Made by a program: the position numbers and the translations under genes
Notes under the pieces: generated by a model
Database searches by the model: none
Seen by the model: only the letters and a program-made list of their open reading frames with translations
What the model was told of the DNA's origin: nothing
From: Phoronis australis
Lineage: Eukaryota; Animalia; Phoronida
Direction: 5' to 3'
DNA: 37,976 nt
NCBI GenBank assembly: GCA_002633005.1
Contig: NMRA01000703.1
Span: 91,881-129,856, forward strand
In this document: piece after piece, positions 20,533-31,379 of the stretch
Layout of the letters: every line of letters begins with the position of its first letter
Position numbering within the stretch: position 1 is the stretch's first letter

Positions 20533-23402
20533 TAAGTGTACTAAATGGCCCTAGGAAACTCCAGACTCCAACAACGGCCACAGGACAGATATATCATTTG
20601 ACTTAGAAACTCAAGACTGTTCATCAGTTGTTTATAATGATGCAGGCCTACTGAATTTCACTAGTGTGCACAATACAAAGCTTCATCTCTATACTGTTCA
20701 AAAACAAGTTCTGTTGTTACATTTTTATAGTACATGCATGGTTAGTCAGACTGTTAAGATGGGAAACAAGTGCCCAGGTTCTTTGAGAATTTGCCCGAAG
20801 TTACCCGCCGGCGCACCTACCGTGGCAAATGTTGTCCACCAAATTAGGCATCTGCCCACCAATTGGGCAAAAGTGTGGGCTGCAGGGTAATACCCTGACC
20901 CTATTCCTCAGAATAATAACTGTTATTTAGTGGAACTATCTGGTTCTCAAATTAGGGACCTATTAAGCTGAATATTATCACCAAAATACTACCACAATGT
21001 GATGACTTCAAATTCAAATAAAGCAGTACTCACCAGATCTAATGGGCAGTTAGACCACTTATTACATTTCAACCGACATCCTCACTTCAGGCTTGGCACA
21101 CAAGCTACTGGTATGAAATGGATGTTAACAGTCTACTTGGCTTCCATCTATCCAAGATGAGGACGGTGTCTTGGACACACAGTCAGGTCTAGTACTCACT
21201 TTATGTTGCATCAAGTGATTGTTAAGCTTTCACAAGTGCAGAGCACTTCGCACTGTTTCTCTTTTGGGTATTCTTTTGACATTCTACACACTTCATCACA
21301 ATAGTCATAAAAAACGTAAACCCAAAGAACACTGCAAGTAAGGATCGTCAGCCATTTTGTCACCTCTAAAGAGACACCTATTGTTGGACAATGGGTTCAC
21401 AAAAAACGTGAATTTTAGTGCAAAATGGAAAAATACACCTTACTTTATGAAACTAAACTAAATATTAATCAAAAACATTCTGGATCAAAACCATGTACTT
21501 TACTGGTGTAATAGTGTTCCAAACAGGTATCAGTATTGGACGTAATTTCCACTGAGGTGGTTGTCACAAGCTTGTGATTCCTATAGGAAAATTCTCACTG
21601 GCAGACAATTTTATTCCATCAATCTATGTCACTAACAATTAGATCCATCTTTTGTGAAAGTCTGGTGATCAGTGTTGTGCCAGCTGAGATACACGGGCTC
21701 AAAATGTGGGAAAATTGCAATGCTTCGTTAACCTCTGACCCCTCTATAATTTAACCTGAAATGTTTAGCTGAGCGACAGAGTTGATGAGAATTGAACTTT
21801 TTAATATCTTGATAAAGTCAAAAACTTGCTTTATTAAAAAATATAAGCAAATCATTAGCTTGTGCACCAGTACTTTTTTGTTATGCATCGCAAATAAACC
21901 AATTTCGGTGAGTCCATAGCTTGATTTATACCCAAAATAGAGGTCCCTGAATTCTCCCCCTGAAACAAGGTAAAATGAGCTTGTTCTTTACCGTTTTGTT
22001 TATCATCCCAAAGGTAACTAAAATGCATAATATGGTTCAAATCTGTGACATTGGGTTTATCACCCCTCTGGGCATTTTTGCCTGCTGTGAACCGTAGTTC
22101 ACTAACCACGATCTCAAGGCAACTGATATGTAATACTTGTCATAAGAAATGCATTCTAAGGGAACTGTTATAGCATTAACATATATTATTTGGAATATTT
22201 GGTACCAAAAATAACAAACATTTCACAGGAATCAGTATCCAACTGTTATATTTCATTGCTATTTTCACCACAAAATCAACCGTTTTAAGAGAACTCCAAT
22301 ACGGGTAGTTTTGCTATTTTTGACCAAAACCAATATTCCAAATGGATTCAGCCACGATCTTATATTTCAACGTCATTTCTGTTGCTAAGGCGACAAACGT
22401 GGTGAAAGAAAATAGTGCCAATAAGACTCACGAGGTGCATCACACTACAACTGTGGAATACCATATAAGATTACGTAGGTTCCTAGAAATACGTCCAAAT
22501 TTCGCTAACTTCAGAACATGATAAAGAGAGGAAACCATTGGACTTTGATGATTTTTCATGAAAACGAAATAATTATTCAGAATCCTGTAACAGCATTTTG
22601 AGTTATCATCTTGGGCATGCATGTTATTGACACCATTTTTTGGTACGAATGTACCTGTCTTTCCTTTTTGCTAAATTTTAATAAAAAGACATGGTCACTC
22701 GGCAGAATGGTAAAATGTGAAAAATCAAATTCTTCAAGCTTTTCACTGGCAGATAAATACATGCATTGTATATAATTATGTTACATGCATTGTATATAAT
22801 TATGTTACATGTAGATACTATCCTCAACTCAACTACTAACTTCCTCAACACAACTAAATACTAATAGGACAGTACTATAAGATAATATCTAGTACAAGTT
22901 CAATTTCAGCACAGTTGGTATAGTCCAGCTGGCATCAACTAAAGCGCCATCCAATTTGTTCTCGAATAATTTGCCCCGATTCAAATCATAATGTGAACAC
23001 AAAACCTGCAGACAATGTTGAAATAATTATAACTTTGGTACATTTGCTTAGTCACGTACATAGGAATGTTAAATCCTGTTTGTGCTACATCTGTGTAGTG
23101 TGGACGCTCAGTTGCAGTGGTGTAAGTTGTTCTAGAATAACGTAGACAGTGGATATGGCACAAAACACAGGGAACCTTTTGTAAATGAGGTCTCAATTTC
23201 GGCAACTACTTTGTTCATATTTGAAGAAAATTTAGCACTGACTATTTGAAAAACAAGTCATAGTTATACACCGGGGAATTAATTATATCGAATGAACAAC
23301 TGACGCCATGAAACAGCAAACATCAAATTGAACAGCTTTTCTATTCAGTTAACATCAAACTTTAGGTAACTGAAGATGCTGCAGCAAAGAGTAAAGATAA
23401 CT

Positions 23403-24205
23403 AACCCTAATGAATGTGTTCACATTGGTACGAAGAATAAGTTAAACAGTGGATGACTTAACCACTATGAATGTGTTCATATTGGTAGCAAGAGCAAGTT
23501 AAACAGTGGATGACATAACCACTGCGAATATGTTCAAATTGGTAGCAACACCAAGTTAAACAGTGGATGACTTAACCACTGTGAAGGTGTTCATATTGGC
23601 AGCAAGAGCAAGTTAAACAGAGGATGACTTAACCACTGTGAATGTGTTCAAATTGGAAGCGAGAGCAAGTCAAACAGTGGATGACTTAACCACTGCAAAT
23701 ATATTCATATTGGTAGCAACATCAAGTTAAACAGAGGATGACTTAACCACTGTGAATGTGTTCAAATTGGTAGCGAGAGCAAGTTAATCAGTGGATGACT
23801 TAACCAATGTGAATGTGTTCATATTGGAAGCGAGAGCAAGTTAAACAGAGGATGACTTAACCACTGAGAATGTGTTCAAATTGGTAGCGAGAACAAGTTA
23901 ATCAGTGGATGACTTAACCACTATGAATGTGTTCATATTGGTAGCAAGAGCAAGTTAAACAGTGGATGACATAACCACTGCGAATATGTTCATATTGGTA
24001 GCAACACCAAGTTAAACAGTGGATGACTTAACCACTGTGAATGTGTCCATGTAGCAAGAGCAAGTTAAACAGTGGATGACTTAACCATGATTGTGAATGT
24101 GTTCATATTGTTAGCGAGAGCAAGCTAAACAGTGTATGACTTAACCACTGTGAATGTGTTCATATTGGTAACAAGAGCAAGTTAAACAGTTAAGAACATA
24201 ACCAC
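23403..24205. repeat. 57-bp minisatellite, ~14 units, each with a CAGTGG-N9-CCACTG hairpin
   Basis: Consensus TGAATGTGTTCATATTGGTAGCAAGAGCAAGTTAAACAGTGGATGACTTAACCACTG. GTTAAACAG recurs at 23441, 23498, ... 24181. The consensus has stops in all six frames. Confidence 0.95.
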
Positions 24206-24328
24206 AGTCCAGATACATCTGATGTTTGGATAACCTGACACAGTTGTGGCATTTTGAGTTTCCTCACAGCAGTCCAAGCTTTACTGCAGAGGGGGAGAAA
24301 CTGCTCGAGTTAGAATTTGGACACTTAC

Positions 24329-24494
24329 CTGGACATTGGGACACCATGCTGAGTTGCCATGGGTAGATGACATCGTCACGGTTACAGAGCTCACAGAAGA
24401 AGCCCCTGGCCTGACACAGCTGGCACTGTTTGACATGAGTGATGCAGTCGCCAACCATTGACTTGAGGCGTGGCAACAAGGTGTTGTTTTTGAC
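24329..24494 (-). CDS. RUBCN: Internal coding exon of a Rubicon-homology (RH/DUF4206) domain protein, best resembling Rubicon
   Basis: Acceptor CTTTGTTCCCTGCAG|GTC and donor CCAG|GTAAGT. 166 bp = 55 codons + 1 nt: VKNNTLLPRLKSMVGDCITHVKQCQLCQARGFFCELCNRDDVIYPWQLSMVSQCP. Matches the RH motif HVxxCxLCxxxGFxCExC...I(F/Y)P(F/W). The family call is strong; choosing RUBCN over PLEKHM1/3 or DEF8 rests on remembered spacing and is less certain. Confidence 0.88.
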
Positions 24495-24772
24495 CTGCAG
24501 GGAACAAAGTAACTTATCAAAAGAGATCATTTAAACTAGCAAGTAAGATTTGGAAGGTGTGTTTGTGCTTGTGTAACACATTCCTGTACAGTTGCAGAAC
24601 AATCACACAAGATAACATATCTTAGAAATTAACAGTAATCCACAACATGATTCACAGTAGACTGCAGCACCTGATATCGGGAAAGAATGAAATTAGGAAA
24701 TTCTCAAGAATTAGACAATCTCAAATGATCTTTAACCAACATGTCACGGTTTTCACAACAGCTCCATCTAAA

Positions 24773-24934
24773 TCTCCATGATAGCAAGTAACAGCATATG
24801 TTCACGAAAACAACAACGGTTTTAAAACTTGACATGTTTCGGTGTCATTTATTAAACACCATCCTCACCTAGCTAGGCCCAGCAACAAGTAATGAAGCAC
24901 AGATCTGTGCTTTAAAACCGTTGTTGTTTTCGTG
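24773..24934 (-). mobile_element. Mini Penelope-derived palindromic insertion with hammerhead-like core
   Basis: Perfect 25-bp inverted repeat 24802-24826 / 24911-24935. Flanking 13-bp direct repeat AGCTCCATCTAAA (24760, 24935). Minus strand 24868-24831 = GTGAGGA-T-GGTGT(loop)ACACC-GAAAC-AT-GTC. Confidence 0.7.
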
Positions 24935-25044
24935 AGCTCCATCTAAAGGTAGCATTTTGAGTTATTACTTTTTGGATAAGCTCACAGATAAGAACATTAT
25001 TTTTCTCAGTGACAACACGTTTCATACAAAAGTGAAATTTACCA

Positions 25045-25549
25045 CTATATCAGTGCACCATTACATATAACCTCAGTTTTTGTGATGGCCACATCAGAGC
25101 ACCATTATATAGAACTTCGGTTGTTGTGAAGGCCATATCAGTGCACCATTATATATAACCTCAGTTGTTGTGATGGCCACATCAGTGCACATTATATATA
25201 ACCTCGGTAGTTGTGAAGGCCAAAAAAAATTATCAGAGTGCACCATTATATATAACCTCCATTATTGTGAAGGCCATATCAGTGCACCATTATATATAAC
25301 CTTCGTTAATGTGAAAATCAGATCACTTCACCATTATATATAGCTTCAGTTGTTGTGAAGGCCATATCAGCGCACCATTATATATAACTCCATTAAGTGA
25401 AGGCCATATCAGTGCACCATTATATATAACCTCGGTTGTTGTAACGGCCATATCAGTGCACCATTGCATATAACCTCCATTATTGTGAAGGCCATATCAG
25501 TGCACCGTTATATTCAACCTCCGTTGATAAGGCCATATCAGTGCACCAG
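25045..25549. repeat. 44-bp minisatellite, ~12 units
   Basis: Unit CAGTGCACCATTATATATAACCTCAGTTGTTGTGATGGCCACAT, recurring at 25051, 25095, 25139, 25183 ... Confidence 0.93.
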
Positions 25550-25651
25550 TCATGCAGTGTCAAGCAGTGATTAAAACACACAGCCAATTAAAACATATCC
25601 ATAAAATCAAGTTAATTAAAAATAACTACTGAAGATATCACACTTGCTTAA

Positions 25652-26367
25652 AGGTGAATGCCTAGAATATTTACTAAATGCAAAAAATGCACATGAATAT
25701 ATTATATAAATTATTATTCAAAAAAGCGATTCTGGTCTATACCGGCGCTCAATGCTATTGAAATCGCCTGGGGTCACATTTTGCGACCTAGCCAAAATCC
25801 CAGGTCGCATTTTCAAAATCCAGCTCTCATTCATAAATGCCAGGTCCCAAAATTTTCCCGCCATTTTTACACGCCAAAATCGATTTTTGTAGATCGTCGA
25901 GAAAAAGTTTAGATTATGCTCTTACCAGCAGCATTAAATATTCACAAATTACAGATCGCAACATTAAGTTTGTTCATGCCGGTACGGCGTTACTGTTCTT
26001 CATGACCGCCATTGAAAGGCTGTAGACCGCATGGTAAGTTGCTGATGTGAAAGCTGAATCAGTGCTCTCTAACTGACACGTGCATTCGAGTAGCTATAAG
26101 TTTGCGATGTGAAAAGGAAGAAAATGCACATTTAAAGTGTCCACAATTTTGCTAGGTCTGACCTGCTAAATGACTGTCATCAATGTTGTTAAAGATCCAA
26201 ACTATCTCTGAATGTATACTCTCTCCATTTTTTGTTCGCAGCTCAAACTTTGCCCGTTTGAAAAACATCCTTTTAAAAAAAAATGCTTGAAACATTGCCC
26301 TAGCCCAATGACGTATGCAGATACGCGAGAACAAATCAGTGCAAATTTCATAACAAAAATGCTATAC
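25652..26367 (+). mobile_element. Orphan Kolobok-like terminus of a third element, interrupted by Kolobok-B copy 2
   Basis: TTAA|AGGTGAATGCCTAG resembles the family A/B termini (AGGTGAAGGC, AGGAGAATGCC). No dedicated right end found. Confidence 0.35.
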
Positions 26368-26535
26368 TTAAAGGATAATGCCACCCAATTTAATTAGTCT
26401 TTTTTACCGTCTTAATCGGTCTATATCCACATCGCCTCTTATACGGTCGACCTCACCTTGCCGAGAGATGTTGCGTTAACCTGTGAGGAAGGTGAGAAGC
26501 GACGCAGCGACGTCAGTGGTTCGTCTACAGAGTGA

Positions 26536-26832
26536 ATGCCGCTATATTGCGGTGCATCGGTTCCCGCTTGTCCGAATTATGAAGCTGCGAAGAAAGCCGG
26601 TAAATCGTTTTTTCGACTTCCTCGAGAGCCCAAAATGCTTAGGAAGTGGCTCGCGGTAGTGAAGAATGAAAGGTATGCTGTTAATAGCAAGTATGAGGCC
26701 GTGAAACATCTCCATGTCTGTGGCCGGCATTTCATCGACAGTGATTTCTCTGACGAATTCCGGCTTACTAAAGAACTATCCATACGTTCCGTTGTCTATG
26801 CATGTTCACGGCGCCTCTCTAGTATTTCTTGA
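26536..26832 (+). CDS. Open THAP-domain-only ORF (98 aa), truncated Kolobok-B transposase
   Basis: MPLYCGASVPACPN..SFFRLPREPKMLRKW..HVCGRHFIDSDF keeps the C2CH ligands and the conserved P, W, F. The last ~17 aa are read from antisense KolX. Expression unknown. Confidence 0.7.
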   Translation: MPLYCGASVPACPNYEAAKKAGKSFFRLPREPKMLRKWLAVVKNERYAVNSKYEAVKHLHVCGRHFIDSDFSDEFRLTKELSIRSVVYACSRRLSSIS

Positions 26833-26934
26833 TCAGTGTATTCCGGTTCGAACTGATAGGCTGTGAAACCTAATGATCTGACCCGTCAGATGAGCTCTTG
26901 ACTAAGTCGGGATTGGCGCCGGGAGAGTTGCCAT
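26781..26934 (-). pseudogene. N-terminal remnant of KolX-like protein (Kolobok-B copy 2)
   Basis: Minus strand LGFTAYQFEPEYTDQEILERRREHA*TTERM, with YQFEPEY at 26838-26858. ATG at 26934 is out of frame through an indel. Confidence 0.7.
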
Positions 26935-28041
26935 GTAGACGTTTATTATTGCGCGTTCTGTTTCAAAATGAGTTATTCTCATCCTAAAATGATCCTAACC
27001 AATGCTTATATGAAACTGACACAAAGCCTGTCTCATTAGATACAACTTGTAATGCCTTGGAGTGCTCGTCAGAGCAAATGTTTTGAGAAGCCAGCAATGA
27101 ATAAACCACTGCATTACTGGCTGTTGACGCCGGCAACAATGGTAATTGACTGGGCACCGAGGCCGTGTGAGCGCATGCTAATTCAGTGTTTGCTGTTGTG
27201 AAACAATTACTCGTATTTATATGCTATAGACACATGTTGGTGGAATCTTTATTTAGAAAGAAAAATACATTATTCAAATCATTGTTACTGTACAACCCGT
27301 TTGCCCTGACAGTCTGTGGAAGGGGAACCCGACTTTGGCGGCCCCCAACAAGTAAGTAGATTTTCAGTTTCGTGGCTAATTCACATAAATAATTACGCAC
27401 ACATTATTTCTTTGGCTCACTATTATATAGTCTCTTCGTGACTGGAGGTTTAGTTTCCAATTCAAGCTGGTTTATGTTCGTGCCAGTCCCGGCGGCCGTG
27501 ACGGGCCTGATCGGGTTCCGAGCCCCTGGCCGGGATAACAAACGTTTTGTGTATTTAATCACAAGTATAAACAACACAGATCTACGTTCTTCTGTCTGTA
27601 TTTCACGGAAGAATACTTCGAATTTATCTCAAAACAGACCCCAAACTCCTGCTGATCTTTGTAGGCTACGGTGTCATGTCCAAATGCAGGTAAATACGTA
27701 ACAGCAAAACAAAAAAAAAGTTTTAATAAGAACTCGGTCTATTTTTAAGGGTTTCACAACGAAGTTTGATGATTTATTGGTGTTAAACGATGAATTCAAG
27801 CGATAAGCTGACACCACTAACCCAGTGTGAACTGCTGAACAGATTGCGTGTGAAACCAATTATGTCACTGGATAATTTCAACACCTCCGTCTGCCGTCAG
27901 GTGTCAAGTAACGCAAGCGAATCTGCCGTTATCGAGTAGAACTACTCGATCTAAATTGATACAAAATAGGTTGTTTTTTGGTTGGCATTCTCCTTTAAGC
28001 TGTTTAAGAATGCAACAATTAGTTTTCCATAAAATGTAAAG

Positions 28042-29356
28042 CAGGGCTCAACACTAACGGTTGCCCGATTGCCCGTGTACATGTAGATTTTGCGTCGGGC
28101 AAGTGGAATTTGAAAAGTACTTGCCCGATGGGCAAGTTAAAAAGCTGGCCATATAGGCAACCAGATCTTAAGATTGTCTGCTTGACATTTGCTCCGAAGT
28201 AACGAACCCCGACACAAGCCTAAAAATCATCGAAAAAAGCTCGTGTGGCCGTCAAAGAAACTCCCGTCTTCGAATGAGCACCGAAAGGAAAATAGAACGA
28301 GTGTGATGCAGCATGCACAGATGACACCCGCGGTCAAATCCTTTCGATTCTCTGAACGTGCCCTGCAGTTTCTGAATAAGTTGTCACGTGATACTACTGA
28401 TCGTCTGCACTCTGGCAAAACGTCTAAACAAGGAAGCCGTCCAGATGCTAAAAAAACGAGTTCAGGAACAATCAAAGCAACAATATGAAACGAAAAGAGT
28501 GCGGGGATGGTTTCCGTCATGGGACGTTAGATTTCCTGGCCTGCGAGACAGTGAACAAGGGATGACGTATGATTTTTGCCGGCGTTTACCCATGTACCGA
28601 GCTGGAAGCACCGCGTTCGTCGGCGGATGTAAGTCATACAGATAAGCGCAAAAGCTAAAAAGTGAATGATTTACCACAAATTTTCTACACTACACAGCAG
28701 TTTTAAAGGCCTGGTATTTATTCAGGGGGAATTCCAAAGGAAAATCTTATGAACTCCCGGCTCCCGCTGGCGACTCCCGAAAAAGAGGAATACGGTCTTC
28801 ATGATTGTCGCTCTGAAGGGTGACTTTTTCGCGGCCTATCTATTTTTCAAAAATGTAATTATTTATTGAAAATAAAAAGAATATGTGGCATTATTATATG
28901 TTAAAATTTGATTTTAATTTAATACAAGGTACCGATGACCAAAACTGTGCAAGATTTTTACGGATAGCAAAAATTCAAATTCAGGTTAAGCAAAGTTTAA
29001 TGCATGAGGGCGTATAAACTAATGAATACACAGAAGTGTCTAGAGTTCATGTCCTAGCTCATTTTGGCGCCTGTGAACGTGAGACAATGGTTTTGATACC
29101 ATAGTTACTCTTCTAATTTGTCTCTCTAACGTTTTGACACACCTTATAAATAAATGTTCTATAAGAAGAATCTTAAAAAATAGCAACTCATAGCATGCAC
29201 GACACAAGAGGAGGCTCAGCGCAGGCAGCCCTACGGTAACACATTACCTAGGTGTGCACATGCACGGTGCTATTTGGGATTGTACTTGGGGCAAGTGAAT
29301 TTGTTGTTCGGGCAAGTAAAAATTTCAACTACTTAAAAAGTTAATGTTGAGCCCTG
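28042..29356 (+). mobile_element. Non-autonomous hAT-like element with decayed N-terminal zinc finger (ZNF862/TTF-type)
   Basis: 17-bp TIRs CAGGGCTCAACACTAAC / GTTAATGTTGAGCCCTG. TTGCCCG/CGGGCAAG subterminal repeats. ~28480-28645 encodes RGWFPSWDVRFPGLRDSEQGMTYDFCRR..AGSTAFVGGCKSYR. Confidence 0.8.
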
Positions 29357-29693
29357 TAAAGTCTCGAAATGATTTCCGAATCCGTGTGGGTTTCTATCGG
29401 ATAATTCAAGTTTGCTCCTCAATACCTTCCATGCATGGGAAAAATAGGTCAGTCACAAAATAACACACGTCACTAGTCTTACTCTATTTCGGAGGTTTAA
29501 AACAAAACTGGGGTTAGCTTTTACATATTGAGAAAAGACGTTTTCTTTGAAAACTGAGTATGTTGTGTAAAATGAGAGTGACTCACTATATAAGCTGCAT
29601 GTCAATTTCAAGCCACCCGGGATTATTTGGCTTTTAATTGCCCGCTTCAACCCAAACAAAATTCTGTCATGCTACGGTTTTTTAGTTTTTTAT

Positions 29694-31379
29694 TGTTCCG
29701 ATAGATGGTGCAATCAGTTATTGACCTTGACCTTTTTTTACACATTTTCTGCACAGTTGAAGAATTAGTAGTGGTGATAGAAGTATTAATAATAAACACT
29801 GTATTGTGCTTAGTCGTTTTTTCTACCGTGCGCGTCAATAGTGAAAATTGCTTCAACGTGCTCATCGAAGAGCTTCTTCAACAGCTTCTTCAACTACATT
29901 TGTGCATGATCTACGAACATTCTACCAACCGAAATCTTGTGCAACGTCTGGGGAGAAATCATCATGGCGGAATCAGCAGGCGAGTTAAGATCAGTGCGGG
30001 CTTGCAGAGCAGCGACAAAACGAAATTGTCTGGTTTATTGNGTGCTCATCGAAGAGCTTCTTCAACAGCTTCTTCAACTACATTTGTGCATGATCTACGA
30101 ACATTCTACCAACCGAAATCTTATACGCAACGTCTGGGGAGAAATCATCATGGCGAAATCAGCAGGCGAGTTAAGATCAGCGTGGGCTTGCAGAGCAGCG
30201 ACAAAACGAAAATTGTCTGGTTTATTGAAAACTCCTGATCTACTTCTGATGTGCACCACAGGAATGCCACTACTGGAATATACGAAGCTGGCAGAGGCAC
30301 TGAGGTCTACACCAGAAAAAATAAAAATTCAAACTGAACATGTCATCGAACTTGTATAACTACAAGTAGAACATGAATCGAAAACTCATAATACAGATGG
30401 TGAAGGCAGTTTCGGTGAAACACTACTGTAAGTAGCCCGGTGCATGCCCTTGTTACTGTGAGTCCTCCGATACCTGCACATGCTACCATAAGTAGCCCTA
30501 TGCTTGCCCCTGTTACTGTGAGTCCTCCGATACCTGCACATGCTACTGTCAGTAGCCCTATGCTTGCCCCTGTTACTGTGAGTCCTCCGATGCCTGCACA
30601 TGCTATTATAAGTAGGCCTATGCTTGCCCCTGTTACTGTGAGTCCTCCGATACCTGCACATGCTACCGTAAGTAGTCCTATGCTTGTCCCTGTTACTGTG
30701 AGTCCTCCGATACCTGCACATACTGCTATTCACAGTCCGATGCCAGCTCCTGCGTTAACGACTCACATGGCAAAGGTAAAGCTTCCGACATTTTATGGTG
30801 ACATGAAAGACTACTGACGATCAGCTCATAGAATCAATGGGAAAACCCAGGGAGAAGAACAAGATCAAAGATGCTATTAACCTTCAGCAGGCCTGGGAGA
30901 TCTTAGACGATGCATATGGCAACAGTGACAGAATTTTGGAAGCCATCCTTCATGATAATGAATGCTTGAAACCATATGAACTCAGGGGGACGATAGAAAT
31001 CGACCTGACGGAAAAATTCGTTGAAACCTTACAATGCTTTGAGACACAGATTGAGTCCATTGGTCTAGAGGGTGAACTGAACACACGATTGATTCTAACC
31101 CAAGTTAGAAAAAAGATGCCAGAGGAGCATCGCATGCTGTATTTGAGCAACGTGCGAGATGGCGGAACTGGTGACTCACTCTCCGACCTGGTCGCCTGGT
31201 TACATGCTGAACTTACAGTGTTACAGAATGCCAGAGGCCTCAGAAGTGAGCCCCAGCAGTACAAGAAACCTTCCAAGTGGTCCAGCAACACAGTATCTTC
31301 AACGATGTCAACTGGTGCAAAACAGCCTTCTACATCCGAATTCTGGAAACCATTTCCTATGACTCCTTTTGAGACCTAA
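29694..31379 (+). mobile_element. BEL/Pao LTR retrotransposon fragment: short 5' LTR (~29694-29840) plus disrupted gag
   Basis: TGTT...AATAAA (29791)...TCAATA, then GTGAAAA. Gag pieces MAESAGELRS.., KVKLPTFYGDMKDY*, and QQAWEILDDAYGNSDRILEAIL..LNTRLILTQVRKKMP..LSDLVAWL (DUF1759-like). No protease, RT or integrase. LTR limits are tentative. Confidence 0.8.
30441..30745 (+). repeat. 60-bp in-frame tandem repeat (5 units; PVTVSPPIPAHATVSSPMLA) in gag
   Basis: TGTTACTGTGAGTCCTCCGA at exactly 60-bp spacing (30451, 30511, 30571, 30631, 30691). Confidence 0.95.

Larger units (their letters stand above)
26372..27994 (+). mobile_element. Non-autonomous Kolobok DNA transposon, family B, copy 2 (1623 bp)
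   Basis: TTAA TSD at 26368-26371 and 27995-27998. TIRs AGGATAATGCCACCCAA / TTGGTTGGCATTCTCCT. Colinear with 3519-5192. Confidence 0.92.

Noticed and set aside
21034-21365. Minus-strand exon-like segment (TTTAG| ... |GTGAGT)
   Set aside because: Phase-compatible translations (EVTKWLTILTC...* or GDKMADDP...*) stop early and lack RH motifs. It cannot be supported without transcripts.
21500-22760. Possible decayed transposase region (ORF 21855-22109 and neighbours)
   Set aside because: No termini or diagnostic motif could be identified by eye.
23403-25549. Regular hairpin-containing repeats as a CRISPR-like array
   Set aside because: Units are contiguous and homologous over their whole length, with no unique spacers, no cas genes, and a eukaryotic context.
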